A stretch of DNA of 29,778 nucleotides from Hallerella sp. (lineage in GTDB: Bacteria > Actinomycetota > Coriobacteriia > Coriobacteriales > Eggerthellaceae), in contig CAVDDP010000043.1 in NCBI GenBank assembly GCA_963607695.1, positions 1 to 29,778 of the forward strand, written 5' to 3'. Positions 1 to 7,611 of the stretch are shown piece after piece. Below the pieces are notes generated by a model. The model was not told the DNA's origin. It ran no database searches and worked only from the letters and a program-made list of their open reading frames with translations. Numbering within the stretch: the stretch's first letter is position 1; each line of letters opens with the position of its first letter. The position numbers and the translations under genes are program-made.

Positions 1-1358
1 GGCACCACGCGCCCTTCAAAATAAGCGGAGCCAACAGGCGTGTTTCCGCCGTTTCGCTTCAAGGTGGCAGTTGCTTTGCCGTTTTTCACCACAATCTTTT
101 GCACGCTCCAGCTGTAGTTGCGCGATGAAACACTGCAGCCCATATCGGTTTCCATGGCTGTTTTGTCCAGCTCATAGGTGCCTTCGGCAAGGGTGGTGGA
201 ATTATCCACCACAGCAAGGCTTTTCACTGCCCAATTTGCAACTTCCAGTGCACGTTCGCAGCTTAATCCAACAGGAAGCATGGTGCTGTTTACCTGGGCT
301 TTTTGGGTATCTGTTAATGAATCGTACGCAGTTTGCGCCTGGTACACTTGCACTACATAAGAAACGGTGTAGTCGTAAGGGTCACGGGGAAGCGCGGCAA
401 TAAGCGCCTCCACTTGCTCAGGGGTAAAAAGAGAAGCATCGCCGCTGTCACCTCCGCTTGCAGATTCATCGATGGTGGTGGTAAGCGAAAACACAATCTC
501 GGTTACCATAGAAGTGGAATATGCCGTGAAATACTGCGTGCTGTTCAAATCAAGAGGCACCTTTTCAAACGTGGAATATCCCGTTTTTGCGGTGTTTTCG
601 AACTTCTGACCCGCCATGTAAATGTAAGTGTACGAATCACTTTGCACCGTAATGGTGCCGTATGCTTTGCCGTTTGTTACCGTAATGTCTTTTACGCTCC
701 ACGGGCGCTGCCGCGGAGAGGTGGATTTGCCCTTGCTGTACTCCGAACTAAGGGCAGGTGTGGTGGTGGCGCTGTATGTTCCCGCAGAAAGGGTAGTGGA
801 AGCGTCCACCTCATGCATAGCAGCTGCTGCCCATTGTGCGTTTTCCAATATGCGCCCGTACGACTGGCCCGATCCAGGTGCCAGTGTTGAGTCAAGCGTT
901 TGCTGGTCAGTTTCGCTTAATGCCTGATAGGCACTCACTGCTTCATTTACCTGAGTGTCGTATACGCCTGCCCCCGCTGCTGTGATTTGGGGTGCGGTGG
1001 GTAAGGCCGCAATCAGGGATTTTGCTGTTGTGACAGCATCAACTTCAAGCACCGTGCAGGCTTGTGTGCCGGCATACGAACCTGCGTTTTCGCCCGAACC
1101 TGCTCCAGCGCCCGCACCAGCCTCTTCGCCGGAACCTTCGCCGGAACCTTCGCCCTCAACGTAGCCGTATGCGCTTTCAGGCGAAGCAACCTGTGCGGCG
1201 CCTTCCCCTGAAAAACTGCTTGTCACACTATGCGTTGCAGTTGATGCCCCCAACAGCTCTGTATCGTTTTGAGCGAACGCAGCAGAGACAGGGCACAATG
1301 AAGCAGCCATTGCTGCGCTTGCAATTGCGGCAATCACTTTATTTGCTGAACGCGCCAA
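1..1358 (-). CDS. Secreted repeat surface protein (helical spacer + NEAT-like beta-domain modules); 3' end lies beyond the window
   Basis: Absent from the ORF track because it has no stop inside the window. Translated by hand: TTG start at 1358 with AGAGG RBS 6 nt upstream, open for 452 codons. Begins MARSANKVIAAIASAAMAASLCPVSAAFA (Sec signal, AFA cleavage site), then a Gly/Glu linker, then two modules 204 aa apart (LIAALP..AY..L....Q / STTL..GTY..WSV..I.V.NGKA). Confidence 0.85.
   Translation of the reverse strand, partial: MARSANKVIAAIASAAMAASLCPVSAAFAQNDTELLGASTATHSVTSSFSGEGAAQVASPESAYGYVEGEGSGEGSGEEAGAGAGAGSGENAGSYAGTQACTVLEVDAVTTAKSLIAALPTAPQITAAGAGVYDTQVNEAVSAYQALSETDQQTLDSTLAPGSGQSYGRILENAQWAAAAMHEVDASTTLSAGTYSATTTPALSSEYSKGKSTSPRQRPWSVKDITVTNGKAYGTITVQSDSYTYIYMAGQKFENTAKTGYSTFEKVPLDLNSTQYFTAYSTSMVTEIVFSLTTTIDESASGGDSGDASLFTPEQVEALIAALPRDPYDYTVSYVVQVYQAQTAYDSLTDTQKAQVNSTMLPVGLSCERALEVANWAVKSLAVVDNSTTLAEGTYELDKTAMETDMGCSVSSRNYSWSVQKIVVKNGKATATLKRNGGNTPVGSAYFEGRVV
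1093..1155. repeat. Short in-frame tandem repeats (12-bp CGCCGGAACCTT type) encoding a GEGSGEGSGEEAGAGAGAGSGE linker
   Basis: Duplication of cttcgccggaac at ~1124-1150, with GA-dipeptide repeats next to it. Confidence 0.7.
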
Positions 1359-1394
1359 AACAAACCTCTTTTCTGTAATGTTTACTTTAAAAGC

Positions 1395-1431
1395 GCTGAT
1401 GAAGAGCCCAAAAACCAGGCTCTTCATCAGC
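1395..1431 (-). terminator. 14-bp perfect stem-loop between the two surface-protein genes (weak terminator or mRNA-stabilising hairpin)
   Basis: GCTGATGAAGAGCC (1395-1408), 9-nt loop, GGCTCTTCATCAGC (1418-1431). On the minus strand it is followed only by GCTTTT. Confidence 0.6.
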
Positions 1432-1473
1432 AAAATTCGCTAGCTCATGCGCACTGTGTGCGCTACTTTGCAC

Positions 1474-4400
1474 CTATTGTTGGTCAAAGGTACCAAAGAA
1501 CGTGTGGTACTGAATTGCGCGCGCATCGGTTGCATCAATAGAGGCATCGCCATTCACTTCAGCTTCCAGGAATCCTTCCATAGAAACAACGCTGAAGTCG
1601 GTGTAATACGCGGTGGCAATATCGTACGCAAGCTGTGCATCCACAATGTTTACCTTGCCGTTCAGGTTCACATCGCCCGAACCGGAAACGGTGGTAGCAG
1701 TGCCTGTTTCAAGGTCAAAGTCATTTGTGGTAAGAGCGGCGGCATCGGCTGCCGTTGCCAGCGCAACGTACTTATCGCCCAGCTTGTACATAGGTGCGCC
1801 CTTCATGGTGGGAACCATGTTTTCCGGAACATCGCCGGTGAACGTAACCATCTTCATGCCGCTTGCTTCTACATACGAGGTGCTTGAAACCTCAAAGGTG
1901 TACGTGCCACCAATGGTAAGGCTCAAAGCATCGGCTACCAGAATGTCTTCAACATCGGGAATGTTGCCTGAAGTTCCAAAAACGGCATCGCTTACAGAAA
2001 CGCTTGCGGTACCTTCGCTTAATGCCTTAAACGTTGCCGTTGCAACAACAATGCCATCGGCTGCCGAAGCAGTGTTGCCATAGAACGATGCCATGCCTGT
2101 TTCAAGCGTTGCTTCAAAAGTAGACTTGCTTTCACCAAAGGAAAGGCCTGCTCCTTGTTCAATAGAAACAAGCTCCAGGTTAGAACTTGAAGAAATCTTG
2201 AACTGTGCGCAGCTCAAAGCATTCGGAGAGCTTGCAACAATGTTCACCTTTACCGTGCTGCCCGGCTTTACCAGCGGTTTGGAAGCTTCCATGCTCAAGG
2301 TGTTTTTGTTCTTAGCGGCAGCTACCAGGGTGGTAAGCTTTTCTTTGTCGGTGGTAGGTACCAGCTTTTGCACGTAACGTGCCTGAACGCTTGCACCCTG
2401 AGAACCTTCGGGGTACCAGGTAAAGATGTTATTACCGCAGTCATCGTAGTACGCTTGAACATCAAAAATGGCGGCAACGTCGCTGTAGGTTTTAATGTCA
2501 TCGGCGGTAGCAGGCAGTGCAGCAATCCGGGCAGATACGTTATCGGCCGCCTTGAACATGGCAACTGCATGCAAAAGTTCGCTCTCATTAGACTGGCTTA
2601 ATACCTTCTGCTGATCTGCTGTTAGCTTTTGATAGGCAGCATTTGCAGCTTCTACTGCAGTGCGGTCGGCGGGATAAATATCCCAGTAGGAATCACGCGT
2701 AAGGGCTTTGCCGCTTTCGTCAACGCCATCGCTGTAGATGTTTTGAATGAGCTTAATTACCTTAGCAGTTGCCTCATCGGCAGCAAGGCGAACAAGCTGG
2801 TTAGTCCAGGTGGTGCCGTCAAACACGGCAAGGGAAGTAGCAATGTCGGCCTGCGTAATAGGAATTACCAGTTCGCCCTGTTCATTGGGCACAATAATGC
2901 CTTCTGTTGCAGCAGCTGCTTCTTCAGCAGTGCCAACATACACCTTAGAAATGCTGGTTTTTGGCTTAACGGTTGCGGTCATGTTTGTACCATCGGAAAC
3001 AACCACCGCAGATACGTTGTTCAGCGCAGCGTAGTCAGATTGCAAAACCATGTTGTACGTGTTTGCATCTAACGCCTTATAGCCGCGGAAGCTTGGCAGG
3101 GTGAAGGAAATTTCCTTCGTTGCCTTCAATTCGCCATCTTCAATTTTTGCCAGCGTATAGGTATACGTTTTGTCCAGCTGAACATCGTTGGCGTTGAATT
3201 GAATGTAACCAGCGTCGGAATCGGTAACAGCGGAAAGCTTACCGCCTGTAGTTTCTGCGGTAACCTGGCTTTCAGGCAGGGCAAACGCGCGATTGTAGTT
3301 ACGGCTGTCTACATACAACCTAATGAAAAGCTTGGTGGTATTGTCGTTGTAGGCAATCATGTAATACGGGTCACTGCTAAAGTCTTCGCTGTTCAGCTCA
3401 TCGTATCCCGTGGTCAACTCGGGCCATACAATAGGAATCTTGTTGTAGGTGGTTTCTGCGGCAACAAGCTTGTCGTAGTTGGTTACTTCAGCCTTGCGGA
3501 TGTTCATGAGCGCATCGTAGGCTGTGCGCGCTGCGCGAATAGTTGCTCCATCGGCATACGTAATGGTGTCGGGCAGCTTGTTGATAGTATCAATAACTGC
3601 CTGAGCAGCAGCGCTTGCGCCTTCCTGCTTTGAAATATTGGTGATAGAAAGCTCAAGAGCGTATTGGTTCTTGGAGTTCTTGTAGAAGGTCTTGCCATCT
3701 TTCTTCAGCAGACAAATGGGCGTTGCGGTATCAAGCATAGCGGCTGTTACGGGAATTTCGTACTCGTAGAAGCCATCGGAAGTAGCGGTGCCCATAATGG
3801 TATCTTCTACTTTAGCATTGGCATAAACGCCCAGGAAAATGCCCTTGTAGCTTGCCGTTGTGGTTTTAAGGTGCAGCTTCATTGTTCCATCTGCCGCAAT
3901 AACCAGGGCAGAGTCGCTTACTTTGCACATGCTATATGCAGTGTGGTCACTGTCTTTGTTAACGCTTGCTGTTGCACTGTAGGTACCTGCACCAAGAACG
4001 CTTACTTTAACGGGGTTCATAATTGCAGGGGCCAATGTTGTATCGGTACCACAAGCAACCAGGTAGTAGTCGCCCGCTTCTGCAAACGTAATGCTTGCTT
4101 TGCCTGAAGCATCGGTGGTGGCGGTAAGCTTGGTAACTGCGCCTGTTGTGGTGTTAAGCGTACCCAGCGTTAAACCTTGAACTGCTGTTGCAGCAGCTTT
4201 AGTTGCGGCAGGGTCTTTGTACAGATAACCGTTCATAGCAGAAACGCCTGTTACGGTAACGTCAAAGCTGGTGCCAGCGAAAGCCGTGGAAGGAACATCG
4301 ATAAACGTGTATTTATCCAACCAAGAGGTGCTTTGATACATAAAGAAGTCAACAACGTCGCCGTCGTTTACCTTGGTAGTGGTAATGGTGGTTCCGTTGT

Positions 4401-6213
4401 AACCGCCATAGCTTGATTCTGTGCCATCGTTAGGAGAAGCGCCATTTACCATGAAGCCATTGCTGGTTGTTTCCGTACCAAAGAACATGCTTACATAACC
4501 GTAAGAGCTCCAGTTCAGCATGGTTGTTGCAGTGTCTTTGGTAAAGGAAGAGCCAAAGATGTTAAGCGCTTCGGCAACCATAACGTCGGCGGCAGAAACG
4601 CCTTCCGTTGAATCAATGCTGTCGGTGTAGCCGTAGGATTCAGCCAAATCGCCGGATACTTCCATATTTTGGGTAGGAGCAGCAAGGTAGGCGCCATCGG
4701 CCTGAGCCGAATAGCTTACCGTTGCTTTTGCAGCCGGCGTGGCAGGGCCTGCAACCGTAATGGTGTTGGCTGTTTTGTCGATGGTTGCGGTGGTGTCTAC
4801 CCAGGTGCCGTTTGCATTTTTAAGCGCCAGAGAAACAACGCCCGTGTAGCTTGAGCCGCTTCCGCCGTAGTTATTACCGGTAAGCGTAATGGTAATGCTG
4901 CCATTAGCGGCTTCGGCAACGCCTTCCGTTGCGGCGGCGGCAGCTTCAGCGGTGCCCACATAGGCTGCTGAGGCATCGGTGGTAAGCGTTAAGGTCTCGG
5001 CGTAATTGTTAGAGTTCGGGCCGCCCACTGTTTCAAGTGAGGCAGCGGTGATAGCAGGAAGCGTGCCCGTGGTAGTTACGGCAAGTGTTCTGGTTGCTTC
5101 GTAGTCGCCCGCGGTAAGCGTGAGTGCTTCGGTGTTCACCGAAATTTGGCGCGGGAACATGCAACGCGAAAGCTCTTCGGTGCCGCTCAGGTATTTCTGG
5201 TAATGATTGCCTGAGATTGAGGTAAGCACAATGTTGTTTTGACCTGCCTCAATAGGAATTACGAATTCTACCTTGCCAGCGCCTAGCGTAACATCGGTGG
5301 TGCCATGAATCCAGGTGTCGTTGCCTTTGTCTTTGGTGCCATCGCCGTTGGCAACGCATTGCTCATAGGTGCCCAGGAACAATTCGGTGTAGCTGCTGCC
5401 GTTAAGCGTAAAGCGAAGATAGGTTTTGCCACCGGTTGTTTCAACCTGAGCAGCCGCTACTTTAAACATTGCCGTGGTGTTGGTAATGCTTGCTGCAGGA
5501 ATTGCTTCGGTGGTGTCACCCGTATCGGCGCTGGGAATTTCGGTGGAGTCGCTTGTCTTGGTTACGTTGCTAAAGGTGAAGTAGTTGTCTTTGCTTCCCA
5601 TCCACGTGTGAGCTTTGTCTGTTTCGCCTTTAGCATTGGTGTATTTATCGGAATAACGCATGCAGAAATAGGCGTCTTCGTTTGCACTGTCATCCAAAGC
5701 AGCTTGAACAGCAGCTTTGGTGGTAGGAAGAACAAACGTGAAGCCATCAACCGTTCCCTCTTCGGTAGTAATAGCAATGCCATTTACCACGCTTGATGCT
5801 GTTGGTTCAGGTGCTTCAGAATGCTTGCCCAACCAGGCGCCGTCGTACTTGGGGTAATTGTTGGCGTCTTTATCTTCTGTTTCCGAGAAAATGATATAGG
5901 CATCGTCTCCCTTAACAACAATTTTTGAAGCGTTGTCTCCCGTGCTTACGGGCTTAACCATGCCGGTGCTTGCGGTAAGCGTTACGGAATACGTGCCGTT
6001 TTCAAGTGTTACCGATTGCGAAGTATACGCATTGCTGCTTTCTGACAAGCTTTCCGAGTTAGTCAAACTTGTCAAAGGTGTTTCGCTTTCTTCGCTGCTT
6101 GAAGTTTGCGCAAACGCTGCTGCAGGCGTCATGCCAAAGGCAAGCGTAAGCGAAAGAACAGTAGCAGTTGCCCTGGAGGCTATGCTGCCTTTGCTGAAGA
6201 GTCCTTTCCTCAT
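1474..6213 (-). CDS. 1579-aa secreted multidomain surface protein: NEAT-like beta domains, DUF4430/transcobalamin-like domain, helical spacers, C-terminal cohesin + dockerin; putative corrinoid-binding protein
   Basis: Signal peptide ending AAAFA and GAAAGGA RBS. Repeated GTY..MFKV..Y..L.LGT..F.IP domains. GYVS..G..FMVNG..VNDGDVVDFF resembles DUF4430. KPGSTVKVNI..VATATFKALSEGTASVSV is cohesin-like. GDVNLNGKVNIVDA and EVNGDASIDATDA are the duplicated dockerin Ca-binding loops. Lies directly downstream of a cobalamin riboswitch. Confidence 0.85.
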   Translation of the reverse strand: MRKGLFSKGSIASRATATVLSLTLAFGMTPAAAFAQTSSSEESETPLTSLTNSESLSESSNAYTSQSVTLENGTYSVTLTASTGMVKPVSTGDNASKIVVKGDDAYIIFSETEDKDANNYPKYDGAWLGKHSEAPEPTASSVVNGIAITTEEGTVDGFTFVLPTTKAAVQAALDDSANEDAYFCMRYSDKYTNAKGETDKAHTWMGSKDNYFTFSNVTKTSDSTEIPSADTGDTTEAIPAASITNTTAMFKVAAAQVETTGGKTYLRFTLNGSSYTELFLGTYEQCVANGDGTKDKGNDTWIHGTTDVTLGAGKVEFVIPIEAGQNNIVLTSISGNHYQKYLSGTEELSRCMFPRQISVNTEALTLTAGDYEATRTLAVTTTGTLPAITAASLETVGGPNSNNYAETLTLTTDASAAYVGTAEAAAAATEGVAEAANGSITITLTGNNYGGSGSSYTGVVSLALKNANGTWVDTTATIDKTANTITVAGPATPAAKATVSYSAQADGAYLAAPTQNMEVSGDLAESYGYTDSIDSTEGVSAADVMVAEALNIFGSSFTKDTATTMLNWSSYGYVSMFFGTETTSNGFMVNGASPNDGTESSYGGYNGTTITTTKVNDGDVVDFFMYQSTSWLDKYTFIDVPSTAFAGTSFDVTVTGVSAMNGYLYKDPAATKAAATAVQGLTLGTLNTTTGAVTKLTATTDASGKASITFAEAGDYYLVACGTDTTLAPAIMNPVKVSVLGAGTYSATASVNKDSDHTAYSMCKVSDSALVIAADGTMKLHLKTTTASYKGIFLGVYANAKVEDTIMGTATSDGFYEYEIPVTAAMLDTATPICLLKKDGKTFYKNSKNQYALELSITNISKQEGASAAAQAVIDTINKLPDTITYADGATIRAARTAYDALMNIRKAEVTNYDKLVAAETTYNKIPIVWPELTTGYDELNSEDFSSDPYYMIAYNDNTTKLFIRLYVDSRNYNRAFALPESQVTAETTGGKLSAVTDSDAGYIQFNANDVQLDKTYTYTLAKIEDGELKATKEISFTLPSFRGYKALDANTYNMVLQSDYAALNNVSAVVVSDGTNMTATVKPKTSISKVYVGTAEEAAAATEGIIVPNEQGELVIPITQADIATSLAVFDGTTWTNQLVRLAADEATAKVIKLIQNIYSDGVDESGKALTRDSYWDIYPADRTAVEAANAAYQKLTADQQKVLSQSNESELLHAVAMFKAADNVSARIAALPATADDIKTYSDVAAIFDVQAYYDDCGNNIFTWYPEGSQGASVQARYVQKLVPTTDKEKLTTLVAAAKNKNTLSMEASKPLVKPGSTVKVNIVASSPNALSCAQFKISSSSNLELVSIEQGAGLSFGESKSTFEATLETGMASFYGNTASAADGIVVATATFKALSEGTASVSVSDAVFGTSGNIPDVEDILVADALSLTIGGTYTFEVSSTSYVEASGMKMVTFTGDVPENMVPTMKGAPMYKLGDKYVALATAADAAALTTNDFDLETGTATTVSGSGDVNLNGKVNIVDAQLAYDIATAYYTDFSVVSMEGFLEAEVNGDASIDATDARAIQYHTFFGTFDQQ

Positions 6214-6276
6214 TTTAATCCTTTCGTTTTTGTGGCGTTATTCCTTATGCCGTAAAGCTCAGCTCAAGCGGCCAAC

Positions 6277-6310
6277 AAAAAAGCCGTGATGGACAACAAT
6301 CCATCACGGC
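6277..6310 (-). terminator. Rho-independent terminator in the riboswitch expression platform
   Basis: 11-bp stem GCCGTGATGGA / TCCATCACGGC with a 6-nt loop, followed by a run of 6 T on the minus strand. It lies between the B12 box and the start codon at 6213. Confidence 0.85.
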
Positions 6311-6360
6311 CCGTGTTTTCCGTGGAAAGCCCGCTTTTTAGCATGCGGAATTACGCCATG

Positions 6361-6645
6361 TCTTGTAGGTCTTCTGACTTATGCGTTCAAAAGAGAGAAA
6401 AAGAAAGAAACAATGAGCGTTAAGCAGCGAGTACGCGCAAATGTTTCGCCTTTTCAAATCTTTGCGCTGCGCGTTCGAGCCTTCCCAGGTTGCCCCAGTG
6501 ACTGGCTTTCGCCTTAGAAACGCCCAGCTTCGCACTTACAGCGGCGGGTGCCGTTCAGGATTTTCACCTGCTTCCCTTGTTCACCTTTACGGGCAAGCTG
6601 CTTTTTTTGATTGTCTGAAGTTGCAAAGGGCACCATGAACAGGCA
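6361..6645 (-). ncRNA. Cobalamin riboswitch, class I (AdoCbl type) with enlarged peripheral insertions
   Basis: Minus strand reads GGTGCC..AAGGGAAGCAGGTGAAAATCCTGAACGGCACCCGCCGCTGTAA..AGTCACTGGGGCAACCTGGGAAGG..AAGTCAGAAGACCTAC, i.e. all conserved B12-element motifs including the B12 box at 6364-6380. Confidence 0.93.
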
Positions 6646-6785
6646 ATCAAAAAAGACTCAAGCCGTAAAGACACAAGTCACGGTTTGTGGTTTGGCAGTT
6701 TGTTTTGCTTTGTTGCGCAGGGGTATGTGAAATACCGCAATGGCAATAAAGAAAAAGGCAAAAAGACCAGCCCACAAACGCAGTG

Positions 6786-6814
6786 ATTATAAGATTTTCG
6801 CAGGAAAAAAACAA
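6786..6814 (-). promoter_or_regulatory. Putative sigma70-type promoter for the riboswitch/surface-protein transcript
   Basis: TTGTTT (6814-6809), 17-bp spacer, perfect TATAAT (6791-6786) in an AT-rich intergenic region about 140 nt upstream of the aptamer. Confidence 0.6.
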
Positions 6815-6919
6815 TTTATATTTCCTGAAACGATGCGCATTATCAGGTGAAGCAATAAGTTGCGCTGAAAATCCGTTACGGCATCTTAAAGGATGTAAAA
6901 ATCACTCATTTTTGAAGCG

Positions 6920-6945
6920 GTGAACAGGGGGCGCCCCTTGTTCAC
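6920..6945 (-). terminator. Stem-loop just after cbiC (possible end of the cob operon)
   Basis: GTGAACAAGGG..CCCCTGTTCAC inverted repeat with one mismatch, 6 nt after the stop codon. It lacks a clear U-tract. Confidence 0.4.
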
Positions 6946-6951
6946 ACAGTT

Positions 6952-7611
6952 CTATGCCCGTTCGTTATTTGAGGCAAGGTAGAGCAGGGCGTTGCAAATG
7001 CAAGCGGCAATGTTTGAGCCTCCTTTGCGCCCGCGCGCCACAATGTAGGGCACATCGGTGCGGCTGATAATAAGCTCTTTCGATTCCACCACATTCACAA
7101 AGCCCACTGGCACCCCCACAATCAAAGCGGGGGTTACCATGGTGCCTTCTTCAAGCATTTCGTATAAGCGAATAAGGGCGGTGGGGGCGTTGCCAACTGC
7201 GTAAATAAGCGGTTTGCCCAAGGCGGCGCCCCGCTCCATGCAAACAGCGGCGCGGGTAATGCCGCGCTCTTTTGCTTCGGTGGCAACATCGGCATTGGCC
7301 ATGAAGTTCAAAACTTCGCCACCAAAACGCGCAAGAACACGCTTGTTAATGCCTGCTTTTGCCATGTTGGTATCGGTTACAATGCTCACGCCGTTTTGTA
7401 GCGCTTTCACGGCATGCGGCACCACGCCTTCTGAAAACACCAGATTTTGGGCGTAATCAAAATCGGCCGAGGTGTGAATGCAGCGCTTGATAATGGGCGC
7501 ACATACGGGATCTAATGCGTAATCGCCCAGTTCAGAGGCAATTATCTCAAAGCTTTTGCTCTCAATATCGGCTGGCTTTACAATTTGTATTTCTTGCAGT
7601 GGGTTACTCAT
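6952..7611 (-). CDS. cbiC: Cobalt-precorrin-8 methylmutase (CbiC/CobH)
   Basis: IE.KSF.II, RCIHTSADF, GNAPTAL, GVPVGFV and GRKGGS motifs; ATGA overlap with cbiP. Confidence 0.96.
   Translation of the reverse strand: MSNPLQEIQIVKPADIESKSFEIIASELGDYALDPVCAPIIKRCIHTSADFDYAQNLVFSEGVVPHAVKALQNGVSIVTDTNMAKAGINKRVLARFGGEVLNFMANADVATEAKERGITRAAVCMERGAALGKPLIYAVGNAPTALIRLYEMLEEGTMVTPALIVGVPVGFVNVVESKELIISRTDVPYIVARGRKGGSNIAACICNALLYLASNNERA

Noticed and set aside
71..6289. Numerous plus-strand ORFs of 60-185 aa
   Set aside because: They are antisense shadows of the two long minus-strand surface-protein genes and show no recognisable motifs.
6338..6638. ORFs 6338-6535 (-) and 6441-6638 (+) as leader peptides or genes
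   Set aside because: They overlap the cobalamin riboswitch, whose RNA motifs explain the sequence.
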